Shown in pieces: positions 34,040 through 44,105 of a stretch of 64,000 bases of DNA. Source of the stretch: an uncultured Acidobacteriota bacterium (GTDB taxonomy: Bacteria > Acidobacteriota > UBA6911); assembly GCA_963843575.1 (NCBI GenBank), contig CAWJKZ010000025.1:224001-288000 (forward strand), given 5' to 3'. Below the pieces are notes generated by a model that was given only the letters and a program-made list of their open reading frames with translations, searched no databases and was not told the DNA's origin. Numbering within the stretch: position 1 is the stretch's first letter; each line of letters begins with the position of its first letter. Position numbers and translations under genes: made by a program.

Positions 34040-34339
34040 CAGGGAGTGCACGGCGCGAATTTTATCACATCCAAGACTCAACATGTTTCCACAGCCACGT
34101 TGCGTCGGCGACGGGTGTCTGTCCGGCTTCCCGTCCTTTGAATCGCGGATGATTGGCGAATCGACCATTGACGATTGCCAACGATTACCAGGCAATGGCC
34201 AAATCTGCACAGGACTCCCGCGACGATTCAGTTGGCTTGGATACAGCCGGTCTTTCCGGGGGAGCACTACCGCGGCATGGAGCGTTCAGACTCAGTGCCG
34301 CAGCATTGCGGTGGCGTTGGCGGAAGGGCGGGTACGGCG

Positions 34340-34717
34340 TCTAGCTGCCGCGTCGTGTCTGCGCGCGCGTCTTGCCTGATCGCGTGCGCGGGGCTCTACG
34401 GAACGGTGTCGTACAACGTCGCGCGGCAAACCGGCGAGTCGGACTCCGTATGGCGCTGGGCGCGCAACGCGGCGCCGTGGTTTGGATGGTGCGCCGCGTT
34501 CTATTACTGGCCGCGGTGGGGCTCGCGATCAGCGTGCCTGCCGTTTTAATCGGGTCACGGCTTGTCAAATCGTTTCTGTTCGGGACCCAGCCTAATAGAT
34601 CCGGGAACCCTGGTGCTGGCCGGCGTAGTCCTCGTAAGCGCCGCGATTGTCGCTGGCTATGCGCCGGCAAGGCGAGCGTCCCGAATTGATCCGCTGGTGG
34701 CTCTGCGGCACGAATAG
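34340..34717 (+). pseudogene. Frameshifted C-terminal remnant of an ADOP permease
   Basis: IACAGLYGTVSYNVAR / GLRMALGAQRG / AGYAPARRASRIDPLVALRHE* spread over three frames. Confidence 0.85.
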
Positions 34718-34859
34718 GACATAGTACTTCGTGCCGCAACGAAGGATGAAAATGTTCCGGGCCCGCGTACGTCAGTCACGGTAGGCGCTCGCATTAGATG
34801 CCGACCTACTCTGGCGCACATTGGCAGCGCGCGAGTATAGCCGGATGCTGCTGACGCAC

Positions 34860-36231
34860 AACGATGTCCTGCTTTCAACCCAGATGTTTCCACCGTGCGC
34901 TTGGACAATCTCGCAGGCGATGGCAAACCCGCTGCCGGTGCCGGAACCTGAGGTGTTCCGGCCGTCCTGTAATACCTGTCAAAGATGCGGCTCTGTTCCC
35001 GTTCGGAGATCCCTGGGCCGCGGTCCTCGACGGTGATCTGAACCCGGTCGTCATTGCGTATGGCTCGGATGGTGATAGGCGAATCTGGAGGGCTGTACTT
35101 CACGGCATTGCTGACAAGCTGACGAATGACGATTCCCATGAGATCGCGGTCAACAAGCAAATCCGGTACGGGATGAGGGATAGTCTGCCGAATAGTGCGG
35201 TCCTTCAGCGCTGGACCCATTCGCCGAATCGCTGCACACAAGACGTCTTCAACCGAGTATGGTTGCCTGTCCAGCTTAAGTTTACCGGCTTCGATTCGCC
35301 CCATCTCAATCGCCTCGCCCAGGAGGAAGTCAAGGTAATCAGTCTCTTCCACAATGATCGAGAGCAACTCGGTGCGGTCGCATGGGTCGTTGCTTTCCAT
35401 CAATGCGGCGGCAGCTTTTAGTGAGGTCAGCGGCGTCTTGAACTCGTGAGCTATTGCATCCAGCAGAGTGGACTTCAACTGCTCGCTCTGTCTCGCAGCC
35501 TCCATGTGAGTCGAAAGCTCGTGGATTCTGGCTCTCTCAAGCGCCATCGCGAGCAGGTTCGCGATCGCATCCTGAGCGGATTCTGAGATTGAGCGCGTTG
35601 CGAAAGCGATACTCCCAAGACCGGATCCGGCAAGGCTTAGCGGCAGAACGGAAACTCCAGCCGATTTGTTGCGGTGCCTCGTGCCCGTGGCTGCGCATTC
35701 CAGCATTAGATTAGGTGACGCAACCTGTGCCCCGGCGCTGCAGAGTTCCCCTGTTGAGGAATGGAATATCGTAACAGCGGGGAAGCCGAACGTCTTCCGG
35801 GTATGTTCTGTAAGTTGTTGCGGGATGCTCTTTTGCGAATCGAGCAGGAGTAGAGCGCTGCCCAGCGTGTAAAGCTTCTTCATTTCCGAACGCCGCCGAA
35901 CAACAGTAGCGGAAAGCTGGCTGCAGATCGCGCTTGCCGTCAGGAAGGTTCCGAACGCAACCCAGTGCTCCGGATCCGCGACCCAGAATACTCTCAGCGG
36001 CGGCAGAAAGAGGCTCAGACAGGCCGCACCGGAGACGGATGCGGCTACACCCTCGGCAAGCCCCCATGCTGTCGACACGGCCAGAACGACAACCACGAAG
36101 CTCAGTGCCACGGTAGTGCTGTTCACAATTACCATGTGGCTGTAGACAAAAGTAACGGCAGAGATCACACCGACCGTGATCGCGACGTGTAGCAATCTCA
36201 GCAGCAGGCCCTTCCCCTCGTCCCTCAACAT
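34860..36231 (-). pseudogene. KdpD-like sensor histidine kinase (DUF4118 TM + GAF-like + HisKA + HATPase), C-terminus frameshifted
   Basis: NSTTVALSF, FLPPLRVFWVADPEHWVA, LLDAIAHEFKTPLTS, NAVKYSP, DRGPGI; the G2 box and IVQAHGGNIWVES are in another frame. Confidence 0.75.
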
Positions 36232-36253
36232 GGCTTATTGCCTATTATAGTCG

Positions 36254-36522
36254 CGGTCTTCCGGGTTTGAAGTGGGTGGAATGGGGAATCTGCGCCGCGC
36301 TCATAGTCACCACCCTCGGCTGACGGCTTATAAGCGTACGGCATGATAGGGCTTCGTGATCTCGTAAGCCATTTCCCTCGTGAGAGATGCGCTTGGGCTG
36401 GGCACCCACACCGGTCAAGGGCGCGCCAGCGGCGCGGCGTAGCGAACCCGTGACGACGAGGACGACCAGCCAAGAATCGACGACGCGGGAAAGGGGTTAC
36501 CCACTTCAAATTCGGAAGACCC
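36254..36522 (+). mobile_element. Internally deleted ISL3-like insertion sequence remnant (MITE-sized)
   Basis: 24-bp imperfect terminal IRs (36254-36277, 36499-36522), flanking 8-bp near-direct repeat tatagtcg/catagtcg, and a degraded internal RLIKRTA..GFRD-like stretch resembling the ISL3 transposase C-terminus. Confidence 0.7.
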
Positions 36523-36918
36523 CATAGTCGAACAGGTGCTCTGCCAGATCTTCAACGCGCACACGGTGCGTGTTGACCTGCACGGTCTGGCGGAACGTAT
36601 CTAGCCTTTCCTCGGCGAGAGCAAGATCGGCCTTACCCTGCAGCAGTTCGACGAATGCGGACTGCAGGTCGACGACGACCGTCTGAACCGTGCTGAGGAA
36701 TTGGAGTTGTACCGTTGAACACCGCGGCCTCTGCTACATGGAAGATGAACCCGGAAAGGATAATGGCGGCTCGGACAGGAGAACCGGCGCTTGGCAGCCA
36801 TCGTATCCGCATCCGGCTAGATGCAAAATCCTAATGTGCCGGTAACAACTTCTTAACACCCAGGATGTTACGCTGAACTAGGTGGCGTTTTGCTGTCGAG
36901 AGCACCTTGGAGGCTGTT

Positions 36919-37320
36919 ATGCGGTGTCCTGCGTGTCATGTTCTGACTCTCGGAAAGGTGGTTTGCCCTGTCTGCAACTGCGATTTCCTGAACTTCCGCC
37001 TGCGCCAGCCTGAAAAGGTCTGGCAAACCGGACGGCAAAGGCATTTGGGATGGGGCATGGGCACTTTTGGGCGTGGGGTCTTGATGGCCGCATTGCTTTT
37101 GACGTTATCGGCTTTGCCCACAGAGAACCACTCCACCTGGACACCCAACCTGCTCGCCCTCGGCCTTCTGGGGTCGATCGCAGGCATGTTGCTGGTGGCA
37201 TCAGGCCACTTGGTTGACCTGATCGATCAGTTCTTAGATTTGCACTCCTGGAGTATTTCCGGTGCGCCTTCAGCAGCCAAAGAATGCGCTCGTGACCACA
37301 AGCGCGACGGACTCCGCTGA
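36919..37320 (+). CDS. Hypothetical membrane protein with N-terminal zinc ribbon
   Basis: GGAGG RBS; CPAC...CPVC followed by two hydrophobic helices. Confidence 0.55.
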   Translation: MRCPACHVLTLGKVVCPVCNCDFLNFRLRQPEKVWQTGRQRHLGWGMGTFGRGVLMAALLLTLSALPTENHSTWTPNLLALGLLGSIAGMLLVASGHLVDLIDQFLDLHSWSISGAPSAAKECARDHKRDGLR

Positions 37321-37593
37321 TCTTGCCGGGTGCGTGGTATGGCTACCACCGAGGTGTTCCAAGAATCCGCGACAGTCTGCGGCTGACGTGGCCGGGCGGG
37401 GTTGGCATGATCTAAGAGGCTAATGGAAACTGCCTTTGCTCCCGCTCTGCTGCGCCGGGGCAATCGGCGATTTCATTAGCTGCAGGTCCAAATACTCCTG
37501 CCTTGGCTACGCCAGCACTTCGCGGGCCATCAAGTCCCGCTTGGCACGGAGCTCTACGAAACGGCGGATTCGGCTACCGCGGCCCGGCCGGCA

Positions 37594-37638
37594 TCGCACT
37601 TCCGTATCACCGAGAAACTTGGCGCCGGCGGCATGGGC
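37594..37638 (+). pseudogene. Tiny Ser/Thr kinase fragment (glycine-rich loop)
   Basis: Translates SHFRITEKLGAGGMG. Confidence 0.6.
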
Positions 37639-37724
37639 GGCAACAGTCCTGGTGGGCAAGCCCCGCAACCATGTTAACAGCGCATGGCTGACGGCACCCT
37701 TGGTGCGCCGAAAGTGCGCCCAGT

Positions 37725-37845
37725 CGAAAAGCGAAGGGATTCATCTTGCCGGCAGGCTTCGCTAAGGTACCTCTCGCTTCCCCGGCTCCATCGCAAGGGC
37801 CGTTTGGCACAGCCGTTCGATCTCCTTCCGGCGTTCCGAGCCAAT
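37725..37845 (-). pseudogene. Fragment of the N-terminal helical extension of an acidobacterial-type Ser/Thr kinase
   Basis: ERRKEIERLCQTALAMEPGKRE then, after a frameshift, YLSEACRQDESLR. Confidence 0.55.
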
Positions 37846-38071
37846 CGCCCTAACTTCCGCTTCAGCATCTTCAGCAGCGTCTGGCCCGAGCCACCGGGCT
37901 TCATACACGAATGGGGGACCGGTCAGTTCTCTGCAAAAGCGTGGAGTGAACCCAGGCAGCACCGAGATTATCTGAGATGGCATCGGGCCTCCTTCCGGGG
38001 AAAGCCCGCATAGCGATGTCCCAAACTATACGCCGCATCGCGGCCGTGCGGGTGGCTCAGTCATGATTTCA

Positions 38072-38455
38072 TCAGATGCGGGGGAGCTGAGGGAGGCAGT
38101 CGAAATGCCGGTTGCGGGAGTGAAGCAGCAGGCTGTGCTGGAGCACGAGGGCGGCAATCCAGATATCGTTCACGGGGATGGGGGTGCCCTGTGTGCGAAG
38201 CTGCAGGTAGACTCGGGCATAATGGTGAGTCGTCTCCTCGTCGGCAAACAGCACCCGCACCCGCGGTCGGTTCAGGAAGCGAGCGAGGACGCTTTCGTTC
38301 TTTCGGGACAGGCTGCCACAAGCAAAACCCGCCCGAAGCTCCGCGAGTGTAACGAACGGCATGCAGATGGTGCTTGCCATGGCCAACCGGTCGACCACCT
38401 CGGGCAGACCGGCGCAGAAATCGCGATAGCGGTTCGTGTCGACCGCAATCCTCAT
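38072..38455 (-). CDS. vapC: PIN-domain toxin VapC
   Basis: IAVDTN, LAELRAG, GTPIPVNDIWIAA, RNRHF motifs. Confidence 0.9.
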   Translation of the reverse strand: MRIAVDTNRYRDFCAGLPEVVDRLAMASTICMPFVTLAELRAGFACGSLSRKNESVLARFLNRPRVRVLFADEETTHHYARVYLQLRTQGTPIPVNDIWIAALVLQHSLLLHSRNRHFDCLPQLPRI

Positions 38456-38703
38456 TTCCAGAGCTCAGGATCCACCTGGTCCATCTCCAGAATGGCTTTA
38501 TCGAATTCAGGATCATCGACCCAAGTGCCTGCAAGGTCGTCGAGGTCTGGGTTCCGGACGGCAACGTCGGAAATGCCGGCGCCGACCTTCATGACCTCTA
38601 TCACCGTCTCATTCAGGGACTTGCCGTCTTCCGCAGCGCGGTTTCTGAGGTGCGCGTCCAGACGCTCCGGGATCCCTCGAATTGTGTACTGTATATTGCT
38701 CAT
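38452..38703 (-). CDS. Ribbon-helix-helix antitoxin (VapB/FitA-like)
   Basis: QYTIRGIP..LD..LR.RA..GKSLN; ATGA overlap with vapC. Confidence 0.82.
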   Translation of the reverse strand: MSNIQYTIRGIPERLDAHLRNRAAEDGKSLNETVIEVMKVGAGISDVAVRNPDLDDLAGTWVDDPEFDKAILEMDQVDPELWK

Positions 38704-39076
38704 GCCTTCATTGTAGGCGTCAGGTGCCTACAAAGGCAAGAGTATCGCAGGCAGGCTGAATTTCGGTGACGGTCACCGAGGTTCAGCGGAGGTTGTCGAT
38801 CATCAGACCTGTTGGCCGCCTGCCAGCCCGGTCTCCTTCTCTCTAGCCAGCGCCCTGGCAGCTGCGTCCATGGCTGGATCCTTCATGAATCCCCCTGCCT
38901 CTGTGGTTCGCCAGCAGGGCCTCGACCTTCGCCCGAAGCGACCCGGATAAGGCCTTTTGGCACACCCGCACCTTACTGCAATTCGATTCTCCACCGTCAC
39001 TTCAGTCCGCTTATAATGGCGGCCACCAAAGGTGCCTGACAGAGCAGCGTATGCGGTGCCACTGGGGGCATACTCC

Positions 39077-39613
39077 ATGATCGGCGAGACCGTATCGCAC
39101 TACCGGATCGTCGAGAAGATCGGCCAGGGGGGGATGGGAGAAGTGTTTCTGGCCGACGACACGTCGCTGCATCGCAAGGTCGCCCTGAAATTCCTCCCCC
39201 CAGACATGCAGCAGGACTCCGCCGCACACAAGCGGTTCCTGCGCGAAGCCCATTCGGCGGCGGCGCTGGATCATCCTTTCATCTGCCACATCAACGAAGT
39301 CGCCGAATCCGACGGTCGGGACTTCATCGTCATGGAGTACGTCGAAGGCCAGTCGGTCAAGGACAGGCTCGAGAAGGGTCCGTTATCACCCGACGAGGCG
39401 CTGCCGATCGCCATCGAGGTCGCCGAAGCGCTCGAGGCCGCACACGGCAAGGGGATCGGCGCTGCTGCGCCGCATGAACCTCCCCCAGTAGGGCACCACA
39501 GCCACCCAGCATTTGCGCAGACAAACCATCATCCGAGGATGGATTACTCCCAAATCGCGCTGTGGGAAATAATCTTGCGCGTAAGGGACGCGATCTCTGT
39601 CCAAGCTGCGTAA
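39077..39613 (+). pseudogene. Truncated Hanks-type Ser/Thr kinase (N-lobe only)
   Basis: IGQGGMGEV, VALKFL, FIVMEYVEG; homology stops at AAHGKGI (about 39458), just before the HRD catalytic loop. Confidence 0.85.
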
Positions 39614-39671
39614 TTGCAAAATGTTTCGGTATGTCTATACTATGCGAACGCCTTTGCGAAGGAGACACGCT

Positions 39672-39998
39672 ATGCCGTCAAAATCAAGTGACGCCAGAGA
39701 GAATCAAAAGAAGTTATACGATCAACGCATCCAAGAGCGCCGGGCCGATCTCGAAAAGAAGGGCCTAACCCCCAAGGAAATTAATAAGGACAAGGTGCAT
39801 GAACATTTAAAGGCCAAACGGCGAGCTATTATGAAGGCGATTGCTGCCATAAACGACATCAATACGCGCAATGAGCACCGTAAAGAAGCGGCCGCGGAAC
39901 AGCCAGCCCCGGTGCCTGCCGCCCCCAAAGAGAAGAAGCCCAAGAAGGAGAAGCCGGAGAAGGCCGAGAAGGCCGCTCCCGCCAAGGCTGGCGATTAG
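39672..39998 (+). CDS. Small basic Lys/Glu/Ala-rich hypothetical protein
   Basis: AAGGAG RBS; helical charged N-terminal part and KEKKPKKEKPEKAEKAAPAKA tail. Confidence 0.7.
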   Translation: MPSKSSDARENQKKLYDQRIQERRADLEKKGLTPKEINKDKVHEHLKAKRRAIMKAIAAINDINTRNEHRKEAAAEQPAPVPAAPKEKKPKKEKPEKAEKAAPAKAGD

Positions 39999-40386
39999 GC
40001 TGCCCTCTCGCGTGATAAATCCTACCCGCAGATGTGAAATTCTCGACACTCACCAGCGGCCGCGTTCCGGGACACGATCTTAAGACTGACGACTGCGTCC
40101 CTTCGTCGTTCTCTGTGCTTCTTTGCATTCGCGGCGACCGAAAGACATTTTCCTTGTCCCTCTCACGCTCATTAAGATAAGCGAATCATCAGACAGGGGC
40201 CGCAATGCGGTCACTGCCAAAGGAAGTCGAACTGATCCGGGTGCCCGGCGGAATCAACGCCAGGTCGATCGTCGCAGCACTCCATGGAAGCGGAATCCCA
40301 TGCATACTGCAATTGGCCATCGGTCACGGTGATTCCGCGCACGGTCCTCAGCGGTGGAAGATATTTGGGATGCAGTGACCAGAGCC

Positions 40387-41151
40387 TCATTTGGCAGCGA
40401 CGACTAGCATTTCGTAATCGTCGTGGGTCAGCGGCTTCGAACGGCTGAAAGCCCCGGTGACTCCGCCGAATATCTCGGCCTTCGAAAAACCGAGGCTTTC
40501 CAGCAGCCAGGCGATTTCCGAAGGCGCGTAGTGACGCTCGTTGCAGCTCAGTTTTCGCATCCCGCCGGAGTCATCGGCGATCTTCAGGATCGAATGGTCC
40601 CTAAACGTCATCAGGTCAAACGAATGCCCCGAGGTTTCGCCGGTTGCCATGTTCCCGTTGATGAAATCCTTGACCGAGTGGAAAAGCGGGAAGAAGACAT
40701 TCAGCGTCGTCAGGATCAGTTTGCCGCCTGGCCGCAAAGAGGCGGCGGCGCCCGAGAGAATGCGGAAGTTTTCCCTATCGGTTGCCATAAGCGGGAAAGC
40801 CCCCTCGCAGATGATCAGCGCCAGATCGAACTCCCCGCGGTAACTCAGTTCACGCGCATCGGCCTGTATGAACTCGACGGCGACGCGCGCATCTTTCGCC
40901 TTGCCGCGAGCGCGGGCCAGTTGCGATGCGGAAAGGTCCACGCCGGTCACCCTGTAGCCTCGGCGCGCCAGCTCGATCGCGTGGCGGCCCGTGCCGCAGC
41001 CGATATCGAGGATTCGCTGCGACCTGTCGCCGCCGATCTCGCTCTCGATGAAATCGACTTCCTGCAGCGTCCCCTGCGTGAATGCCTCGCGATCGTAGGT
41101 CTCGGCGTAATTTTCAAAAAGCTCCTCGTACCACTGTTTCATCGGCGTCAT
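40387..41151 (-). CDS. Class I SAM-dependent methyltransferase
   Basis: ILDIGCGTGRH, VTGVDLS, LRPGGKL motifs. Confidence 0.9.
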   Translation of the reverse strand: MTPMKQWYEELFENYAETYDREAFTQGTLQEVDFIESEIGGDRSQRILDIGCGTGRHAIELARRGYRVTGVDLSASQLARARGKAKDARVAVEFIQADARELSYRGEFDLALIICEGAFPLMATDRENFRILSGAAASLRPGGKLILTTLNVFFPLFHSVKDFINGNMATGETSGHSFDLMTFRDHSILKIADDSGGMRKLSCNERHYAPSEIAWLLESLGFSKAEIFGGVTGAFSRSKPLTHDDYEMLVVAAK

Positions 41152-41415
41152 CTCCCTGATGCGCGGATTATATCCGTTTTGGACGGACAGGAAGGATGAG
41201 CTGCAACTCCTCGCCTGGCAGGCTTCTGATTCGACACGCGAGGCCCCACCGCGCGTGGCCTTCCTCAGTTGCTGGCAACCAGTACTCGGATGCCGGACAT
41301 CTTCCTGCTGTTTCGGGGGGGGGCCGTGGCCGCGTTTGTTGATTGTGCTGAAGCGCGCGCGCTGCTGAGCTTATAATGCAGCATCGTCGTTCCCATCCCC
41401 TCGCGGGAGAGACCC

Positions 41416-41997
41416 ATGCGCCTCCTCGTTCTAGCCTGGATGTTTTCCGTTCCTGCCGCACTCGGTGCCCAGACTGAAGTTTCGGCGCGCCTCGAGCCCA
41501 CATCGGTAGTCGTCCGGACCCCGGACGGGATCCGGCAACTGGTCGTGGCCGAGATCGATTCGCCCGGTTTGCGCGACGCGACGCTTCGCCTCACCGGCAC
41601 GGGGTGGGCACGCCCCGTCGAGGTGAGGCTGGGCGAGGTCGGCAAGGGGAAGCAGACCGTCCGGGCGCTGGTCCCCGCGGCGACCGGCGCGGCGAAGCTG
41701 ACCGGCGTGCTCGAATTCCCGGGCAACCGCATCGAGCTTCCGGCCGAGGTCCTGAGACTCGCACCCCTGCGGACGGTCTACCTCGTGCAGCACACCCACA
41801 CCGACATCGGCTACACGCGACCGCAGACCGAGATCCAAGGTCGAACAACCGAAGTCCGGGATCTGGAACCGGACCGGCGAAAGACGCGGCCGAAGATAGG
41901 CAGGCAGCCGCGGGCTCGCCCCGTCAGCGCGTTCGAGAGGGTATACTGCAAGCCATGGAAAGTTCAGCCGCGGGGCGGCTCGAGGCGATCTGGTTGA
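41416..41997 (+). pseudogene. N-terminal fragment of a secreted GH38-like glycoside hydrolase
   Basis: Signal peptide and VYLVQHTHTDIGYTRPQTEI; homology ends at about 41835. Confidence 0.7.
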
Positions 41998-42404
41998 AGC
42001 GGGCACGGCGCGGCCCGATGGACGCGGCCCAGTCGGCGACGACGCTCGCAGGGCTCGGTCTCGCGGGCAACGCCAACCAGGGGGGCCGCCGGCAGGTGAC
42101 GATCATCGAGCAGGAGGTCTGGGAGACGCTGATGGCCGAACTGGACGGCTCACTCCCGCCGTCGACGCGCAGGGCCAACCTCATGGTCCGTGGCATCCCC
42201 CTCGCGGGAAGCCTCGGGCGCACGCTGCGGATCGGCCGCTGCAGGATAAGGGTCCTGGGCGAGACCAAGCCATGCGAGCAGATGGAAGCAGCCATGCCGG
42301 GACTCAGGGAAGCGATGCGCCCAGGCTGGCGGGGCGGCGCCTTTGGCGAGGTCCTGGACCACGGCGTCATCACCGTCGGCGACCCGGTGGAGTGGGTCGC
42401 GTAA
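41955..42404 (+). CDS. MOSC-domain protein
   Basis: GRRQVTII, RRANLMVRG, ETKPCEQM, GVITVGD motifs. Confidence 0.85.
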   Translation: MESSAAGRLEAIWLKRARRGPMDAAQSATTLAGLGLAGNANQGGRRQVTIIEQEVWETLMAELDGSLPPSTRRANLMVRGIPLAGSLGRTLRIGRCRIRVLGETKPCEQMEAAMPGLREAMRPGWRGGAFGEVLDHGVITVGDPVEWVA

Positions 42405-42532
42405 CAGCAGGCCGTCCGGCCCTTTCACTCTTCATTCCCGGAACCCGCAGCGATGAACACCGCAAAAGCAGGGCGAACCCGTTGTGCTCGCGGCGGATTC
42501 TCAAATAGAATCAGGCATCACGGAGATTTGAC

Positions 42533-43738
42533 ATGCCCATGGACGCTTCGCGTCGCCGGTTCCTGAAGACAGCCTCGGCACTGGCCATCTCCGCGCCGCT
42601 CGTCGCACGGCCGCGGATGGCAGCCCATAGCCTCTTTGCCTACGTCGGCACCTACAGCTCAAAGGGGAGCGGAGGATTCGGAAAGGGCATCCACATCTTC
42701 GAAGTGAACGGTGCGACAGGTGCGCTGTCGCAACGCGAGGTCTTCGCGGACGAGACCAGCCCCTCCTGGCTCGCCTTCAACCGCGACCGGACCCGTCTTT
42801 ACGCGGCGAACGAGGTTGGGGAGCTCGAGGGCGCGAAATCGGGCTCGGTGAGCGCCTTTCAGGTCGACCGCGCCGGCGGCCGGCTCACGCTGCTCAACAA
42901 GGTGAGTTCCCGGGGAGCGGGCCCGACCCACCTTAGCGTGCACCCCGCCGGAAAGCACGTTCTTGTCGCCAACTATGAGGACGGGACCGTGGCAGTGCTC
43001 CCCATCGGCCCCGGCGGCGAGCTCGGTCCGGCCACCGACGTGAAGGAGAACCGCGGGTCCGTCGGCCCTGAAAAGGCGAGCACCGCCCCCCGCGGCAGCT
43101 TCGCCATCAGCGGGCACGATCGTCCTCACGCCCACATGATCGAAGCCGACCCCAGCGGGCGGTACGTGCTCGCAGCCGACCTCGGGCTCGACCAGCTGCT
43201 CGTCTGGAGGTTCGATGTCGCGCAGGGCACCCTGACACCCAACGACCCGACCTCCGTGCAGCTCCCCCCGGGCGACGGGCCGCGCCACTTCGCCTTTCAC
43301 CCGAACGGCCGCTGGCTGTATTCGCTCCAGGAAGAAGGGTCGACCCTGGCGGTGTTCGACTACAGCGGCTCCGACGGGAGGCTCGCATCGAAACAGACGA
43401 TCTCGACTCTGCCGAGGGGCTTCACGGGCACCAGTTTCACTTCGGAGGTTCGGGTGGCGCCGGACGGCCGGTTCGTCTATGCGGCCAACAGGCTGCACGA
43501 CAGCATTGCGACCTTCGCCGTCTCCGCGCAGGGGACGCTCCGCTGGGTTGGGGAGGAGTGGACCCGCGGCGACTACCCGCGCAGTTTCACCATCGATCCC
43601 TCCGGCCGCTTCCTGTACTCGTGCAACCAGAAGGGCGACGCCATAGCGGTCTTCCGGGTGAACCGGGGCTCCGGGCGCCTGGACTTCACGGGTGAGTACG
43701 CCCCGGTCGGCACGCCTTCAATGATCGTGTTCGCCTGA
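42533..43738 (+). CDS. pgl: Lactonase (6-phosphogluconolactonase-like beta-propeller) with Tat signal
   Basis: SRRRFLK; YVGTY, VANY, PHAH, DLGLD, GPRH, YPRSF motifs. Confidence 0.88.
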   Translation: MPMDASRRRFLKTASALAISAPLVARPRMAAHSLFAYVGTYSSKGSGGFGKGIHIFEVNGATGALSQREVFADETSPSWLAFNRDRTRLYAANEVGELEGAKSGSVSAFQVDRAGGRLTLLNKVSSRGAGPTHLSVHPAGKHVLVANYEDGTVAVLPIGPGGELGPATDVKENRGSVGPEKASTAPRGSFAISGHDRPHAHMIEADPSGRYVLAADLGLDQLLVWRFDVAQGTLTPNDPTSVQLPPGDGPRHFAFHPNGRWLYSLQEEGSTLAVFDYSGSDGRLASKQTISTLPRGFTGTSFTSEVRVAPDGRFVYAANRLHDSIATFAVSAQGTLRWVGEEWTRGDYPRSFTIDPSGRFLYSCNQKGDAIAVFRVNRGSGRLDFTGEYAPVGTPSMIVFA

Positions 43739-44105
43739 GGGCCGACCCGTTCCTCGTTCGAACCTCGGGGACCTCCGCCACCCGATACCGCCGGATCATT
43801 TGCGCAAGTCGGCCGCTTTCCCCTATATTAGCGCCGATGAAAGTCGATCCCGGCCGCATGGAGGCAGTCGACAATCAGGATCGGCGTCGAGATCCGGTCC
43901 TTCACCCAACGTTGCTCGTGCCACAACTACGTCACACTCACCACCCGCACCCGGGGCGGGGAAACAGTCCAGCGTGAAGTGCCCCGGAGGCTCCTCCATG
44001 GGACCTTATGAGCTGCAGACTTGGGCCATCACGGTGAATCGCCGGATTCGCAGCCTGGCCGACGCCTGGCACTCATACCACCGATGATGCAGCAAGGAGG
44101 CAATA

